A stretch of 62,185 bases of DNA from a virus (IMGVR_UViG_3300047189_000049:1-62185), one strand, 5' to 3'; numbered from the stretch's first letter, positions 45,170-54,711 are shown. Made by a program: numbers and translations. The notes: generated from the sequence alone by a model not told the origin.

Positions 45170-45888
45170 AAAAGTCCGACATCATCTCCGCCCCCGCCCT
45201 CGACCACGACGCCATGATGTTGCGCGAGTACAAGTGCGGCGTCGGCGACATCGGTCGCAAGGACCGCCTCGTCGTCGCCAACCTGATCGCGCACATGGAG
45301 CGTCGCGGCTGGCACCTGCACAGCGTGTACGACGGCGAGGAGACCACGCGCGTCGCGACCGCCAAGGAAGCGATGGAGCTCGTCTTCAACCTCGACGAAG
45401 CCAGCCTGCGCTTTGACAAGGGGTCGCGAGAAACCCGGCATGGCGCCGCCCTCGTCATGGGAAACAGCGGCTACGACGTCGTCAGTGACTGGAGCTACGC
45501 AGTCGGAGACACCGACGGCTTCAGCGCTGACATGGACGCCTTCGACGCCGAGGCCGTGCTCGAGGCCTACGATGTCATGGCGCGCGACACCGTGGCTCTC
45601 GTATCGCGCATGGCCACCGTGCTGGCCTCGCTGGCCGATGCCGTGGAGGCGCTGGACGGCACGAGCGTGGAGAACGAGAGGATCGTCGACGCCTACCGCA
45701 AGCTCATGGCGGACCTACGCGACGCCCTGAGATCTAGTGGATATTGCGTCAACGACGCCAGCGCCCAGATCATGAGAGAGCGGCTGCTGGAGCGCACGTG
45801 GGACGCGGGGTCCATCGAGGAGATTCGCTCGGTGTGCGCGGAGATCATCGAGCGCATGTCGCTTGCTAGCTTTGGAACGCACTCGTGA
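45166..45888 (+). CDS. Hypothetical early protein
   Basis: MKKSDII, VYDGEE, GNSGYDVVSDWS; ATGA coupling. Confidence 0.6.
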   Translation: MKKSDIISAPALDHDAMMLREYKCGVGDIGRKDRLVVANLIAHMERRGWHLHSVYDGEETTRVATAKEAMELVFNLDEASLRFDKGSRETRHGAALVMGNSGYDVVSDWSYAVGDTDGFSADMDAFDAEAVLEAYDVMARDTVALVSRMATVLASLADAVEALDGTSVENERIVDAYRKLMADLRDALRSSGYCVNDASAQIMRERLLERTWDAGSIEEIRSVCAEIIERMSLASFGTHS

Positions 45889-46175
45889 TCGTCTACATTG
45901 TCAGCCTGAAATGCGGCACCGTCATGGGGTGCGAGTCGAGCTGCAACAGCGCCATGAGTTTTGGGCGCAGTCTCGAAGAGCCGTTCGCCGTCGACCGCTT
46001 GAGCGTGAATCTTAGTAAGGAACACGTTGACGTCGTCACGGCTCGTCTCGCTGACGCCCTTGACGGATTCGTGCGCGAGATTGCGCGCGTCTACGAAACT
46101 CCTGTTGACAGTCTGCAGAAACAGCCTCAAGATGTACTCGTCGACAAACCCACACCTACGGAAAACCAGACATGA
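45885..46175 (+). CDS. Hypothetical protein
   Basis: GTGA coupling; overlaps an internal promoter. Confidence 0.4.
   Translation: MIVYIVSLKCGTVMGCESSCNSAMSFGRSLEEPFAVDRLSVNLSKEHVDVVTARLADALDGFVREIARVYETPVDSLQKQPQDVLVDKPTPTENQT
46105..46133 (+). promoter_or_regulatory. sigma70-type promoter with operator-like spacer
   Basis: TTGACA-17-CAAGAT; TGCAGAAACAGCC at 46114-46126. Confidence 0.55.
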
Positions 46176-46402
46176 AACTCGACGTCAAATCCGCAGCAGC
46201 AATCGTTGCTCTGGGAATCATCCTCTCAATCTGCATCCTTGCCTCTGGATGCGCTACGCCGCCGGCGAAGCCACAGCTGGCGCCATTCGAGCGCTGCATG
46301 GAGTCGGTGGGCAAGACCTTCTACTACACCTCGGATCGTGTGAGCGCCGCCAACTGGTGCGCGGGCCACGACAACGGCGGTATCAAGGAGCAGGTCAAGT
46401 GA
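46172..46402 (+). CDS. Putative lipoprotein
   Basis: MKLDVK, hydrophobic core, LASG-C lipobox-like site. Confidence 0.6.
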   Translation: MKLDVKSAAAIVALGIILSICILASGCATPPAKPQLAPFERCMESVGKTFYYTSDRVSAANWCAGHDNGGIKEQVK

Positions 46403-47607
46403 GCGCCATCAACGAGTTAGGCGCGCCGGAGGCGTTGCCGGTAGCTGTGCGCGCCCAGCAGGCGCTTCAGCAGGTCACCACCAAGGAACTGCTGGTTGAT
46501 CTGGTCGCCAAGACCACCGACATCATCGCCATCAGCGACAAGGCGGGACGCGAGATGGTCCACCGCGCGATGATGGTCCTCAAGGGCACGCGCGTCTCCA
46601 TCGAGAAGGCCGGCAAGGCCGCGCGCGACGACGCCACGAAGTTCAGCAAGGCCGTCATCGCCGAGGAGGCCGCGCTGGTGGCCATCCTCGACCCCGAGGA
46701 GACGCGCCTGCAGAAGCTGCGCGACGACTTCGACGCCGCCGAGGAGCTGGAGCGCCAGCGCCGGCTTGAAGCCGAGCGGGCCCGCCAGCGCCAGATTCAG
46801 GAGCGCATCGACGTCATCGTGAACACGCCGGCAAGTGTGATGCTGCAGGACGTCCCCGCGATGGAGCGGGCACTGGCACTTCTGTCGGCGCTGGACCTCG
46901 GGGAGTCCGCCGGCACCGCCTCGTTCGGCGAGCGCCTCGGCGACGCCCGGCTCGCGCACAGCAGCGCCGTACATCGGCTCACCGGCATGATCGCAGCGAA
47001 GCGCGATGCCATTGCCGAGGAGGCCCGGCGCCGCGAGGAGATGGCCGCCGAGGAAGCCCGGCTCGCCGCCGAGCGCGCCCGGCTGAAGGCCGAGGAAGAG
47101 GCCATCCGGCAGGCCGCTGACGCCGAGCGGGAGCGCCTGAACCGCCGGCGCGAGATCGAGGCGCAGCACGCCGCCCGGGAGCGCGCCGCCGCGGCCGCCG
47201 AGGCCGAGCGCCTGCGGCTGGAGGCCGCGCGCATCGAGACCGAGCGCGCCGTGCAGCAGGCTGAGTTCGACCGCCAGCGCCGCGAGTTCGAGGCCGCCAA
47301 GGAAGCCTTCAGGAAGGCGCAGGAGGCGCTCAACTCGCCTCCAGTGGCGGTTTATCGGCAACCAGACCCGGAAGTCGCCACTACTGGCGAGTGCCGCGCC
47401 ACGGGGCTGCTGGAGACGCTCAGCGAGGCGGTAGAAGACGGTCCCGTGGCCGAGGTGCGGGACTGCGTGACTCCGACTCAGGCTGAGCCCGAGATGGTCT
47501 CGCCGCCGCGCTACGAGATGTTCCGCGCCGACGTGGCGGGGCTCTACGGTGTCGACGAGTCCATCGTGGACCTGTGGGTCAGCTGCTTCGCGAAAGACCT
47601 GCCATGA
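46399..47607 (+). CDS. Long coiled-coil protein
   Basis: GTG start after AAGGAG; RVSIEKAGK..AVIAEE; E/R/A-rich. Confidence 0.65.
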   Translation: MSAINELGAPEALPVAVRAQQALQQVTTKELLVDLVAKTTDIIAISDKAGREMVHRAMMVLKGTRVSIEKAGKAARDDATKFSKAVIAEEAALVAILDPEETRLQKLRDDFDAAEELERQRRLEAERARQRQIQERIDVIVNTPASVMLQDVPAMERALALLSALDLGESAGTASFGERLGDARLAHSSAVHRLTGMIAAKRDAIAEEARRREEMAAEEARLAAERARLKAEEEAIRQAADAERERLNRRREIEAQHAARERAAAAAEAERLRLEAARIETERAVQQAEFDRQRREFEAAKEAFRKAQEALNSPPVAVYRQPDPEVATTGECRATGLLETLSEAVEDGPVAEVRDCVTPTQAEPEMVSPPRYEMFRADVAGLYGVDESIVDLWVSCFAKDLP

Positions 47608-47891
47608 GCCTCTTCCGCCAGTTCCCGCAGCCCCAGCTCACGGACGCCGACGTCCAGCTGTGCGAGCGCTGGAAGGCTGACCCGGGCATGCCGGGCAGCA
47701 TCGCCAAGGCATGCCTGCGGCTCGGTGTTATGACAGCGCGGCAGCGCGCCGTGCTCTGGGACGCCGATGGCGGTGGGTTCAGGGCCCGCCGCGGGCGCCG
47801 CGGGCATGACCCGTACGCCGATCTCGACTTCGACGAAGAGCATGATGCCGACCTGCGCGAATGCTTCGGCCGCGACTGGGGCGACCTGTAG
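47604..47891 (+). CDS. Hypothetical protein
   Basis: ATGA coupling. Confidence 0.5.
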   Translation: MSLFRQFPQPQLTDADVQLCERWKADPGMPGSIAKACLRLGVMTARQRAVLWDADGGGFRARRGRRGHDPYADLDFDEEHDADLRECFGRDWGDL

Positions 47892-47897
47892 GGGGTA

Positions 47898-47926
47898 TTG
47901 ACACCCGGTTGAAACGCCCCTAAGAT
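47898..47926 (+). promoter_or_regulatory. sigma70-type promoter with operator-like spacer
   Basis: TTGACA-17-TAAGAT; GGTTGAAACGCCC at 47907-47919. Confidence 0.7.
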
Positions 47927-47967
47927 GCCACCTGTCCGCTACACAAACCGATGATCAGGAGACAGCC

Positions 47968-48183
47968 ATGGACAAGCGCACCGCTCTGCTGAACCAGAAT
48001 ATCGCCGACCTCGAAGACGCCAACTGCAGACTCTCGCACGAGAACGACATGCTGCGCCGGGAGATCGCGAGCCTGCGCGGCCAGTTCGACATGGCCCACG
48101 TGCCGGTCGACGCCGCGACCTTCGCCGCGTGGGACGAAGAGTACCGCCACACCATGCCGGTCCCCGTGCCGGCCTTCGCCTAA
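47968..48183 (+). CDS. Hypothetical coiled-coil protein
   Basis: AGGAG RBS. Confidence 0.6.
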   Translation: MDKRTALLNQNIADLEDANCRLSHENDMLRREIASLRGQFDMAHVPVDAATFAAWDEEYRHTMPVPVPAFA

Positions 48184-48196
48184 AAGGATCGCCATC

Positions 48197-48805
48197 ATGG
48201 AACTCAAGGTCTACACCGTCGACGAGCACGGCAATCACCACCTGCTCAACCTCGTCGATCTCGAGAGCGTGAGCGCCGAGCGCGACATCGCCCTGCGTCG
48301 CGTCGCCCAGCTGGAAAAGCAGCTGCCGGAGGAAATGCAGGACTGCACCATCCGATTCATCTCGTGCGACAGCGGCCATGGCCGCCTGACGGCGGCGAAC
48401 TGGGCCGCCCACGGCTGCCCGCAGTGCGAGATCAACAGGCTGCGCCTGCGCATAGGGATTGCGGACCGTAAGGAGCAGGCCGCCCAGCTTGCGCTTCATG
48501 AAGCAAGGACAGAGCTAGAGAGCCTCCGCGCCCCCAAGGTCGTCGACGGCCGAGGCATGTGGAAGCGCCGCAACGGCGACATCATCGCCATCAAGGACAT
48601 GAACGACCAGCACCTGTGCAACGCGTACCGCATGCTCAAGCGCGAAGGCTTCATAAGTGCCACAGATTTTGCCGCACTGTACTCGTCTTCTCCCGGCGGA
48701 GATGGCGCATACGCGGCGTGGGAGGCCGAGGTGGCGACCGCCAAGATCAGCCCGCGTTTCGCCTACCTTGAGGCCGAGATCAACCGCAGGGGGCTGCAGG
48801 CATGA
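48197..48805 (+). CDS. Hypothetical protein with Zn-finger-like segment
   Basis: CDSGHG..GCPQC; IKDMNDQHLCNA. Confidence 0.6.
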   Translation: MELKVYTVDEHGNHHLLNLVDLESVSAERDIALRRVAQLEKQLPEEMQDCTIRFISCDSGHGRLTAANWAAHGCPQCEINRLRLRIGIADRKEQAAQLALHEARTELESLRAPKVVDGRGMWKRRNGDIIAIKDMNDQHLCNAYRMLKREGFISATDFAALYSSSPGGDGAYAAWEAEVATAKISPRFAYLEAEINRRGLQA

Positions 48806-49017
48806 GCATCCCCCGCCAGCAGCTCGTGGCCTGCGCGCAGCAGACCAACCGGATCTCCTACGAGATCAAGGGTGCCCTGCTGCACGTCGAGAACGCGAGC
48901 CCGTCCATCCTCGGCGCGCAGTACCTCGCGGACGTGCGTCGCCACCTCGAAGCCGCGCTCAAGATGGCGCGGCACGTCGAGTCCCTGAACCCCATGCCGG
49001 AGCCAGCCGATGAATAG
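48802..49017 (+). CDS. Hypothetical protein
   Basis: Coupled ORF. Confidence 0.5.
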   Translation: MSIPRQQLVACAQQTNRISYEIKGALLHVENASPSILGAQYLADVRRHLEAALKMARHVESLNPMPEPADE

Positions 49018-49318
49018 CTTCATCTCTCGCTGGTGGCTCCGTCACGTCGTGCAGCCGCACGTCCAGCGCAAGTTCATGGGCTGGAAGACGGAGTGGGAGC
49101 GCATCGAGGCGCTGCGCCGCATGCCAGAGCAGACGCTGCCGCCGTGGCCCAAGAACCCGCGCTCGGCGACGTTCCTGCACGAGCTGGTGCACGCCCAGAG
49201 CGCCCGGCTGCGGCTCGCCGCGCACACGCTGCGAGGTTTCCAGCCGCACCTGCCGGAGTCCGAGTACATCGCCGTGGGGCATGTGATCGAGTCACTGGAA
49301 GAGGGGAGGTACCCGTGA
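49010..49318 (+). CDS. Hypothetical protein
   Basis: Coupled ORF. Confidence 0.5.
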   Translation: MNSFISRWWLRHVVQPHVQRKFMGWKTEWERIEALRRMPEQTLPPWPKNPRSATFLHELVHAQSARLRLAAHTLRGFQPHLPESEYIAVGHVIESLEEGRYP

Positions 49319-49749
49319 GCCGCTCAGGATATAGCGACGACATCGACAACTGGGCCATGATCAAGTGGCGCGGGCAGGTGGCAAGCTCTATCCGCGGCAA
49401 GCGCGGGCAGGCCTTCCTGCGCGAGCTGCTGACGGCGCTCGACGCCATGCCGGAGAAGCGGCTCGTCGCCCACGAGTTCGAGGCCGAGGGTCAATTCTGC
49501 ACGCTCGGCGTCGTCGCGCACGCCCGTGGCCTTGAGCTCAAGAGCCTCGACCCGGAGGACTCGGAGATCGGCGACGAGATCGGCAAGATGCTCGGCATCA
49601 CCGGCCAGCTCGCGCGCGAGATCATGTTCGAGAACGACGACTACTACTCGTGGAGCGACATCACGGGGCGTCTGCCGGATTCACCGGAGAAGCGCTGGCG
49701 GTACATGCGTGAGTGGGTCGTCAATCACATACGGGCGGACTCGAAATGA
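49315..49749 (+). CDS. Conserved phage protein (MSRSGYSDD type)
   Basis: WRGQVASSIRGKRGQAFLRELL.ALDAMPEKRL..RWRYMREWV. Confidence 0.7.
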   Translation: MSRSGYSDDIDNWAMIKWRGQVASSIRGKRGQAFLRELLTALDAMPEKRLVAHEFEAEGQFCTLGVVAHARGLELKSLDPEDSEIGDEIGKMLGITGQLAREIMFENDDYYSWSDITGRLPDSPEKRWRYMREWVVNHIRADSK

Positions 49750-49794
49750 CCGCCCCCGACACCGTGAAGCAGCCCTCGCAGGAGAGAAGCCGTG

Positions 49795-50451
49795 ATGTAC
49801 ACAACACTTGAAGCAATACGCGCGTGCGATCCGTGCGTCGAAGGCTGGCGCAAGTTGCTGGCGCATCTCGGCAAGACTGAAGCGGACAGCGAGCCGCTAC
49901 CGTTTCACGTCATCTTGGAAAGCAACGGCTTTGATGACGCGCTGTGGGTCTGCCGCGCGGCCCCGCAGTATGACCGTGAATGGCGATTGTTCGCTGTATG
50001 GTGCGCACGTCGGGTGCAGCATCTAATGGCGGACCCGAGAAGCGTTGCGGCGCTTGACGTTGCCGAACGGTTCGCAAATGGTGAGGCGACAAGGCATGAA
50101 CTAGACGCCGCACGGGCCGTCGCACGGGACGCCGCACGGGCCGCCGCATGGGCCGCCGCATGGGCCGCCGTAGGGGCCGTCGCACGGGACGCCGCACGGG
50201 ACGCCGCACGGGACGCCGCAGGGGCCGCCGCAGGGGCCGCCGCAGGGGCCGCCGCACGGGACGCCGCAGGGGCCGCCGCACGGGACGCCGCAGGGGACGC
50301 CGCAGGGGCCGCCGCAGGGGACGCCGCAGGGGCCGCCGCACGGGACGCCGCACGGGACGCCGCAGGGGCCGCCGCATGGGCCGCCGCATGGGACGCTCAA
50401 AAGGCCCGCTTCCTTGAGGTTGTGGGCGTCACGGGAGATGGCAATGGTTGA
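49795..50451 (+). CDS. Phage protein with AA(R/W/G)(A/D) tetrapeptide repeats
   Basis: TTLEAIRACDPC..GWRKLL..SNGFDDALW..RLFAVWCAR. Confidence 0.75.
   Translation: MYTTLEAIRACDPCVEGWRKLLAHLGKTEADSEPLPFHVILESNGFDDALWVCRAAPQYDREWRLFAVWCARRVQHLMADPRSVAALDVAERFANGEATRHELDAARAVARDAARAAAWAAAWAAVGAVARDAARDAARDAAGAAAGAAAGAAARDAAGAAARDAAGDAAGAAAGDAAGAAARDAARDAAGAAAWAAAWDAQKARFLEVVGVTGDGNG
50107..50394 (+). repeat. 24 x 12-bp coding tandem repeat GCCGCA(C/T/G)GGG(A/C)C
   Basis: Counted from sequence and translation. Confidence 0.9.
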
Positions 50452-50773
50452 CGTGAACGACTCCAGCCCCACCAATACGAATGCCGAACCGCCTGCACTG
50501 CAAGGCTACCCGGAAGATCAACTCGACGCCATTGACGCAAGTGTGTTCGGTGGCGACTGTTATGCAAGCGACGAAGGCCGGGCACGCATCGCGTGGTACA
50601 TCGCCCGCTGGTCGCGCGAGTTGCTGCTCTCGGATGGGCCATCCGCGAAGCTCGACACCGCCGTCGCCGCGCTGGTGAGAATCGCCAACGCCAAGCCCTT
50701 TCAAGAGGCCGCGATGATTTACGACGCACGGCATACGCTCAAGTCGCTGGGCGTGGAGTGGGAGGGGAAATGA
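50444..50773 (+). CDS. Hypothetical protein
   Basis: LDAIDASVFGGD; GGAG RBS. Confidence 0.5.
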   Translation: MVDVNDSSPTNTNAEPPALQGYPEDQLDAIDASVFGGDCYASDEGRARIAWYIARWSRELLLSDGPSAKLDTAVAALVRIANAKPFQEAAMIYDARHTLKSLGVEWEGK

Positions 50774-50928
50774 AACGCTACGAAGTCCAATACATAAATC
50801 AGCGCAATTACTGGCCTGCACCGTGGTTCCTGTACGGCATTTACATCGGAGACGGGAACCGCGTGCTGTATTGCTACCTGTTCGGCAGGGGATTCAATGT
50901 GACGATCTATAAGGAGCCCACGCTATGA
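50770..50928 (+). CDS. Hypothetical protein
   Basis: MKRYEVQY; GGAGG RBS, ATGA coupling. Confidence 0.45.
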   Translation: MKRYEVQYINQRNYWPAPWFLYGIYIGDGNRVLYCYLFGRGFNVTIYKEPTL

Positions 50929-51326
50929 CCGCCGCCCCTACGCCGAGCGCCGAGGAGTTGGATCTGCTGGAGAAGCGGCTGCGTGATGTTCTGCCTGAGG
51001 TCATAAATCCGTGGACTTACGCGCGTCAGCAGTTACTTAAACGCTGTGTCACAGAAGCCGCCGACGCCATCCGCGCGCTGCGGCAGCAGATGGCGGAACT
51101 GATTACGTTTAGCGGGGGCTGCATGGACGCGCGTAACAGGGTCTTTGACGAACTCACCGCCAGCCGGGAGAGGGTGGCGAGGCTTTCAATGCTGTTACGT
51201 AAATCCGTGCCGTTTGTGGGTCACGAAAATATCATGTCGTTTCACGGAGAGCGGTCTATATTGTTGCGGGACATAGCGGCTGAGTTTGACGAAGCCCTAG
51301 CCCCGTCAAGCGAGCCCCGGTCGTGA
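50925..51326 (+). CDS. Hypothetical protein
   Basis: AAGGAG RBS; EAADAIRAL. Confidence 0.5.
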   Translation: MTAAPTPSAEELDLLEKRLRDVLPEVINPWTYARQQLLKRCVTEAADAIRALRQQMAELITFSGGCMDARNRVFDELTASRERVARLSMLLRKSVPFVGHENIMSFHGERSILLRDIAAEFDEALAPSSEPRS

Positions 51327-51583
51327 CCACGGGACCCACTGAAAAGCAACTCAAGGCCGCCTACAAGGCGCTATCTTCTGCCGAGGAGCTCGCCAACTGG
51401 TACAAGAAATTCAAGCCAGATTTCGAGACGCTGACGTTCGCCGCAACGCCTTACAAGGCAATCGCGGACGTCGCCGACGCGAGTGTGCACAGGGCGCACT
51501 CCCACATCTGGCGTGACGCCGAGGGGCGGCTCAAAGCGCTTCTGGCCGGCAACGTCTGGAAAATCAACCGTCAAGGAGAATGA
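51323..51583 (+). CDS. Hypothetical protein
   Basis: GTGA coupling. Confidence 0.5.
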   Translation: MTTGPTEKQLKAAYKALSSAEELANWYKKFKPDFETLTFAATPYKAIADVADASVHRAHSHIWRDAEGRLKALLAGNVWKINRQGE

Positions 51584-51584
51584 A

Positions 51585-51803
51585 GTGACCAAGGAACAGT
51601 TTCGCGACCTGCTACTGAAGAACGAGCTGCGTCAGGTCGACGCCGCGTGGATCTTCGGCGTGGGTCTTCGTCAGGTGCGTGCGTGGGTGCTCGGCGAGTA
51701 CCCCGTGCCGCAGTACGCCGAGCTCCTGCTCAAGGCCTACGACGCCGGGCTGATCACGCCGAAGTGGCTTGCCCAGCGAATCATGAAGAAGCCGCCGGCA
51801 TGA
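51585..51803 (+). CDS. Cro/XRE-like HTH regulator
   Basis: QFRDLL..LRQVDAAWIFGVGLRQVRAWVLGEYPVP; AAGGAG RBS. Confidence 0.7.
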   Translation: MTKEQFRDLLLKNELRQVDAAWIFGVGLRQVRAWVLGEYPVPQYAELLLKAYDAGLITPKWLAQRIMKKPPA

Positions 51804-51991
51804 GGCACCCCACACCGGAGTTCTGGGGCAAGATCATCCTCGCGGCGCTCGTCGTCGCGCTGGCGTTCTTCATCGGTGAATTCGTGCATTTCGGAAAAGA
51901 GCTTCAAGGGGTCTGCGAGACCACGCACTTCTTCGAGCTGCACGGCAAGACCTACTACTGCGAGCGCGTGCCGCAGGAGCTGGACTCATGA
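51800..51991 (+). CDS. Small single-TM protein
   Basis: IILAALVVALAFFIG. Confidence 0.5.
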   Translation: MRHPTPEFWGKIILAALVVALAFFIGEFVHFGKELQGVCETTHFFELHGKTYYCERVPQELDS

Positions 51992-52548
51992 GCGAAGCGA
52001 ACATCGTCGAAGCCAGCGTCGACATCGAGACGCTGGCCACGAGCAACGACGCCGCCGTGATCGCCATCGGCGTAGCCTTCTTCAATGCCGACGGAGTCAT
52101 CGAGAAGTTCGACTTCCCGATCATGCCGGACGACTGGATCGGTAAGATCGACAACGACACCGTCTCGTGGTGGATGCAGCAGTCCGATGCCGCGCGACGC
52201 GCGACGTTTGGCGGCTCCTATACCGCAGGCGGGGCCGCTGCGCTGATCACGAATCTGTTCGGCATTCACTCGCCGAAGACCGTGTGGGCGAACGACCCTG
52301 ACTTCGACCTCACGATCCTGCGGACGTGGTGGGCCGCCCTGAAGCCGCATGCCGGCGCCCAGCCCCCGTTCCACTTCCGTCAGCACCGCAGCTACCGGAC
52401 GATAAAAGACCTTGCGTCTCGTGCCGGGTTCGTCTACAGTCCGGTCTCGGAGGGTGAATCCACCCGGCACAGAGCCGGGGACGACGCAGCCCGGCAGGCC
52501 CTTTACATAATCGAAGCGACGAAATTTCTTACACGGAGCCGAAACTAA
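51988..52548 (+). CDS. DEDDh 3'-5' exonuclease
   Basis: VDIETL, IAIG, WWMQQS, WANDPDFD, HRAGDDA. Confidence 0.8.
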   Translation: MSEANIVEASVDIETLATSNDAAVIAIGVAFFNADGVIEKFDFPIMPDDWIGKIDNDTVSWWMQQSDAARRATFGGSYTAGGAAALITNLFGIHSPKTVWANDPDFDLTILRTWWAALKPHAGAQPPFHFRQHRSYRTIKDLASRAGFVYSPVSEGESTRHRAGDDAARQALYIIEATKFLTRSRN

Positions 52549-53312
52549 TGACCACCAATGTCTTCGAGCGCTACGGTCTGGAGCACCTATCGCCCAGCAC
52601 CTGCAACAAGTTCGTGACCTCCCCGGCAGCTTTCGTGCTGGAGAAGGTTCTGAAGCGCAAGGCCCCGGTGGGCTGCGCCGCGCACCGCGGCACGGCGGTC
52701 GAGGCGGGTCTCACGCACGGCCTGCTGAACCCGGGCGCCAGCGTCGACGAGTGCTCGCAGATCAGCCTGCAGCGCTTCGACCAGCTGACCGCGCTCAGCG
52801 GTGACCCGGTCGACAAGATCGCCAAGGAGCGCGCCGGGCTTGCCGGCATGACGGCGCAGGCGCTCGAAAAGCTGCGCGTGTACGGCGCGCCGACGTCGAC
52901 GCAGGGCAAGGTCGAGCTGCACCTGCCGGGCCTCTCCGTGCCGATGGTGGGCTACTTCGACTTCCACTGGGAGAACTACGGCATCACGGTGGACCTGAAG
53001 ACCACGCACGCGCTGCCGTCGAAGATCTCGGTCCCCCATGCCCGGCAGGGCGCCTTCTACGCCAAGGCCAAGGGCGACCGCGAGGCTCCCCGCATCGCGT
53101 ACGCCACGCCGAAGAAGAGCGAGGTCTACGCCGTCGAGAACGTCGAGGACCACATCGCCGCGCTGACGCGTACCGGTCTCGCCATCCAGAAGTTCCTGTC
53201 GATCTCCGCGGACCCGGCCGAGCTCGTCGCCATCACGATGCCCGACGTGGACCACTACTTCTTCAACGAACCGACGACGCGTCAGATGGTGTACGACGTG
53301 TGGGGAGTGTGA
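52548..53312 (+). CDS. PD-(D/E)xK exonuclease (RecB/Cas4-like recombination nuclease)
   Basis: HLSPS, RGTAVE, GYFDF, VDLKTT, HARQGAFY. Confidence 0.8.
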   Translation: MTTNVFERYGLEHLSPSTCNKFVTSPAAFVLEKVLKRKAPVGCAAHRGTAVEAGLTHGLLNPGASVDECSQISLQRFDQLTALSGDPVDKIAKERAGLAGMTAQALEKLRVYGAPTSTQGKVELHLPGLSVPMVGYFDFHWENYGITVDLKTTHALPSKISVPHARQGAFYAKAKGDREAPRIAYATPKKSEVYAVENVEDHIAALTRTGLAIQKFLSISADPAELVAITMPDVDHYFFNEPTTRQMVYDVWGV

Positions 53313-53314
53313 GC

Positions 53315-53650
53315 ATGAACGCACCTGAACTGATTCTGCCGCCCGGCGAGGCGGCCGCCATGGCCGAGGACCAGACGCGCCGCGTGAAGGCGTCGCTGAC
53401 CCGGCTGGGCTACGCGCTGGACACGCAGGACGACTTCGCCCTGCGACGCATGCTGATCATCCAAGTCGCGCAGGCGCCCAACGAGGTGGCCTTCAAGCAG
53501 GCTGTCTGCATGTTCATGGACTCCGTGCCGCTGCTCGGCACCGACGAGAGCGCGTCCTCCGTCCTCAACAAGGTCTTCGCGGACCTGCGCGAGAACGACC
53601 CTCTGTATCCCAATTTGCCGCGCGATGCGGCAAAGCCCGTCGTGGGCTAG
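53315..53650 (+). CDS. Hypothetical protein
   Basis: GGAG RBS. Confidence 0.5.
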   Translation: MNAPELILPPGEAAAMAEDQTRRVKASLTRLGYALDTQDDFALRRMLIIQVAQAPNEVAFKQAVCMFMDSVPLLGTDESASSVLNKVFADLRENDPLYPNLPRDAAKPVVG

Positions 53651-53686
53651 ACCACGGCATCCTGTAAACAGCAAGAGGTAAACATC

Positions 53687-54385
53687 ATGGCACTTGGACT
53701 TCAGACTGAAAGCACTGGCGGCGGCGATTTCCTGCCAGTGTGCAAATACGATTCGCGCGCCGGCCGGTTCTTCCGGCAGGACAAGGGTGACAACGGCACC
53801 GCGTCCATCGACATCACGCGCGCCTTCAAGGCGGTCTTCGACTTCGAGAACATCGAGGTCGGCTGGATCATGTTCGCGGCCGGGCAGGCCCCGAGCTTCG
53901 CGATGGTCAAGTTCGGTCAGGTCCTGCCGGCCCGCCCCAACGACAACCACAATCAGGGCTTCCGCATCGCGATCAAGCTGTCGAAGGACTGCGGCGGCGA
54001 CGTCCGCGAGTTCGCGTCGACGGCGCGCGCCTGCCTGCGTGGCCTCGATGCGATCCACACGCAGTACGAGGCCGAGAAGGCCGCGCACCCGGGCCAGCTG
54101 CCCGTCGTGATCCTGAAGGACACCGTGCCGGTGACCTCTGGCAACGGCGACAAGAAGTCGACGAACTACGACCCGATCTTCGAGATCGTCTCGTGGGTGA
54201 ACCGCCCGGCGGATCTCGTCTACACGCCGCGCGCGCCGGCGAAGCCGTCCGCTGCCGCCCAGACGGCCGCCACGGGCAGCGTCGGGACGCAGTCCACCCA
54301 CCGCGGGCCGCCGGCGACGGGTAGCACGGCGGCGCCCCCGCCGGCCACCCAGACGGCCGCTCCGGCCGGTGATGACTTCGGCTAG
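53687..54385 (+). CDS. Putative single-stranded DNA-binding/annealing protein
   Basis: KYDSRAGRF, DFENIEVGW, PIFEIVSWV; flexible linker and acidic DDFG tail; next to exonuclease. Confidence 0.6.
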   Translation: MALGLQTESTGGGDFLPVCKYDSRAGRFFRQDKGDNGTASIDITRAFKAVFDFENIEVGWIMFAAGQAPSFAMVKFGQVLPARPNDNHNQGFRIAIKLSKDCGGDVREFASTARACLRGLDAIHTQYEAEKAAHPGQLPVVILKDTVPVTSGNGDKKSTNYDPIFEIVSWVNRPADLVYTPRAPAKPSAAAQTAATGSVGTQSTHRGPPATGSTAAPPPATQTAAPAGDDFG

Positions 54386-54456
54386 CCACTTCGGCTAGAC
54401 TCGGCCCACACACCGCCCCCTTGACCGGGGGCGGCATTCCTCAAGTGGAGACCGAT

Positions 54457-54711
54457 ATGAGATTCCAGATCACTCTGAACATGCCCAGCCATCAGGGCAA
54501 GTCCGTCCACCAGATCACCGCTGACTTCGCCTGCGACAGCCTTCAGCAGTTCTGCGACGCGCTGCGCGAGAACGACTTCATCGTGGTCCGCGAGTTCTAC
54601 CGCCTGCGCGACGAGCGCACGGGGCTCGACACCCTGCACGACAAGGGCGAGATCATCATAAATTGCATGCACGTCGGAAAGGTCAAGGCCTCCGCGGAGC
54701 AGCAGTCGTGA
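54457..54711 (+). CDS. Hypothetical protein
   Basis: MRFQITLNMPS; GGAGACCGATATG start. Confidence 0.6.
   Translation: MRFQITLNMPSHQGKSVHQITADFACDSLQQFCDALRENDFIVVREFYRLRDERTGLDTLHDKGEIIINCMHVGKVKASAEQQS

Noticed and set aside
50107-50394. Possible CRISPR array or DGR repeat
   Set aside because: No spacers, in-frame coding repeat, no cas operon or reverse transcriptase
52548-53312. Cas4 of a CRISPR system
   Set aside because: Lacks the four-Cys cluster and CRISPR context; sits in a recombination module
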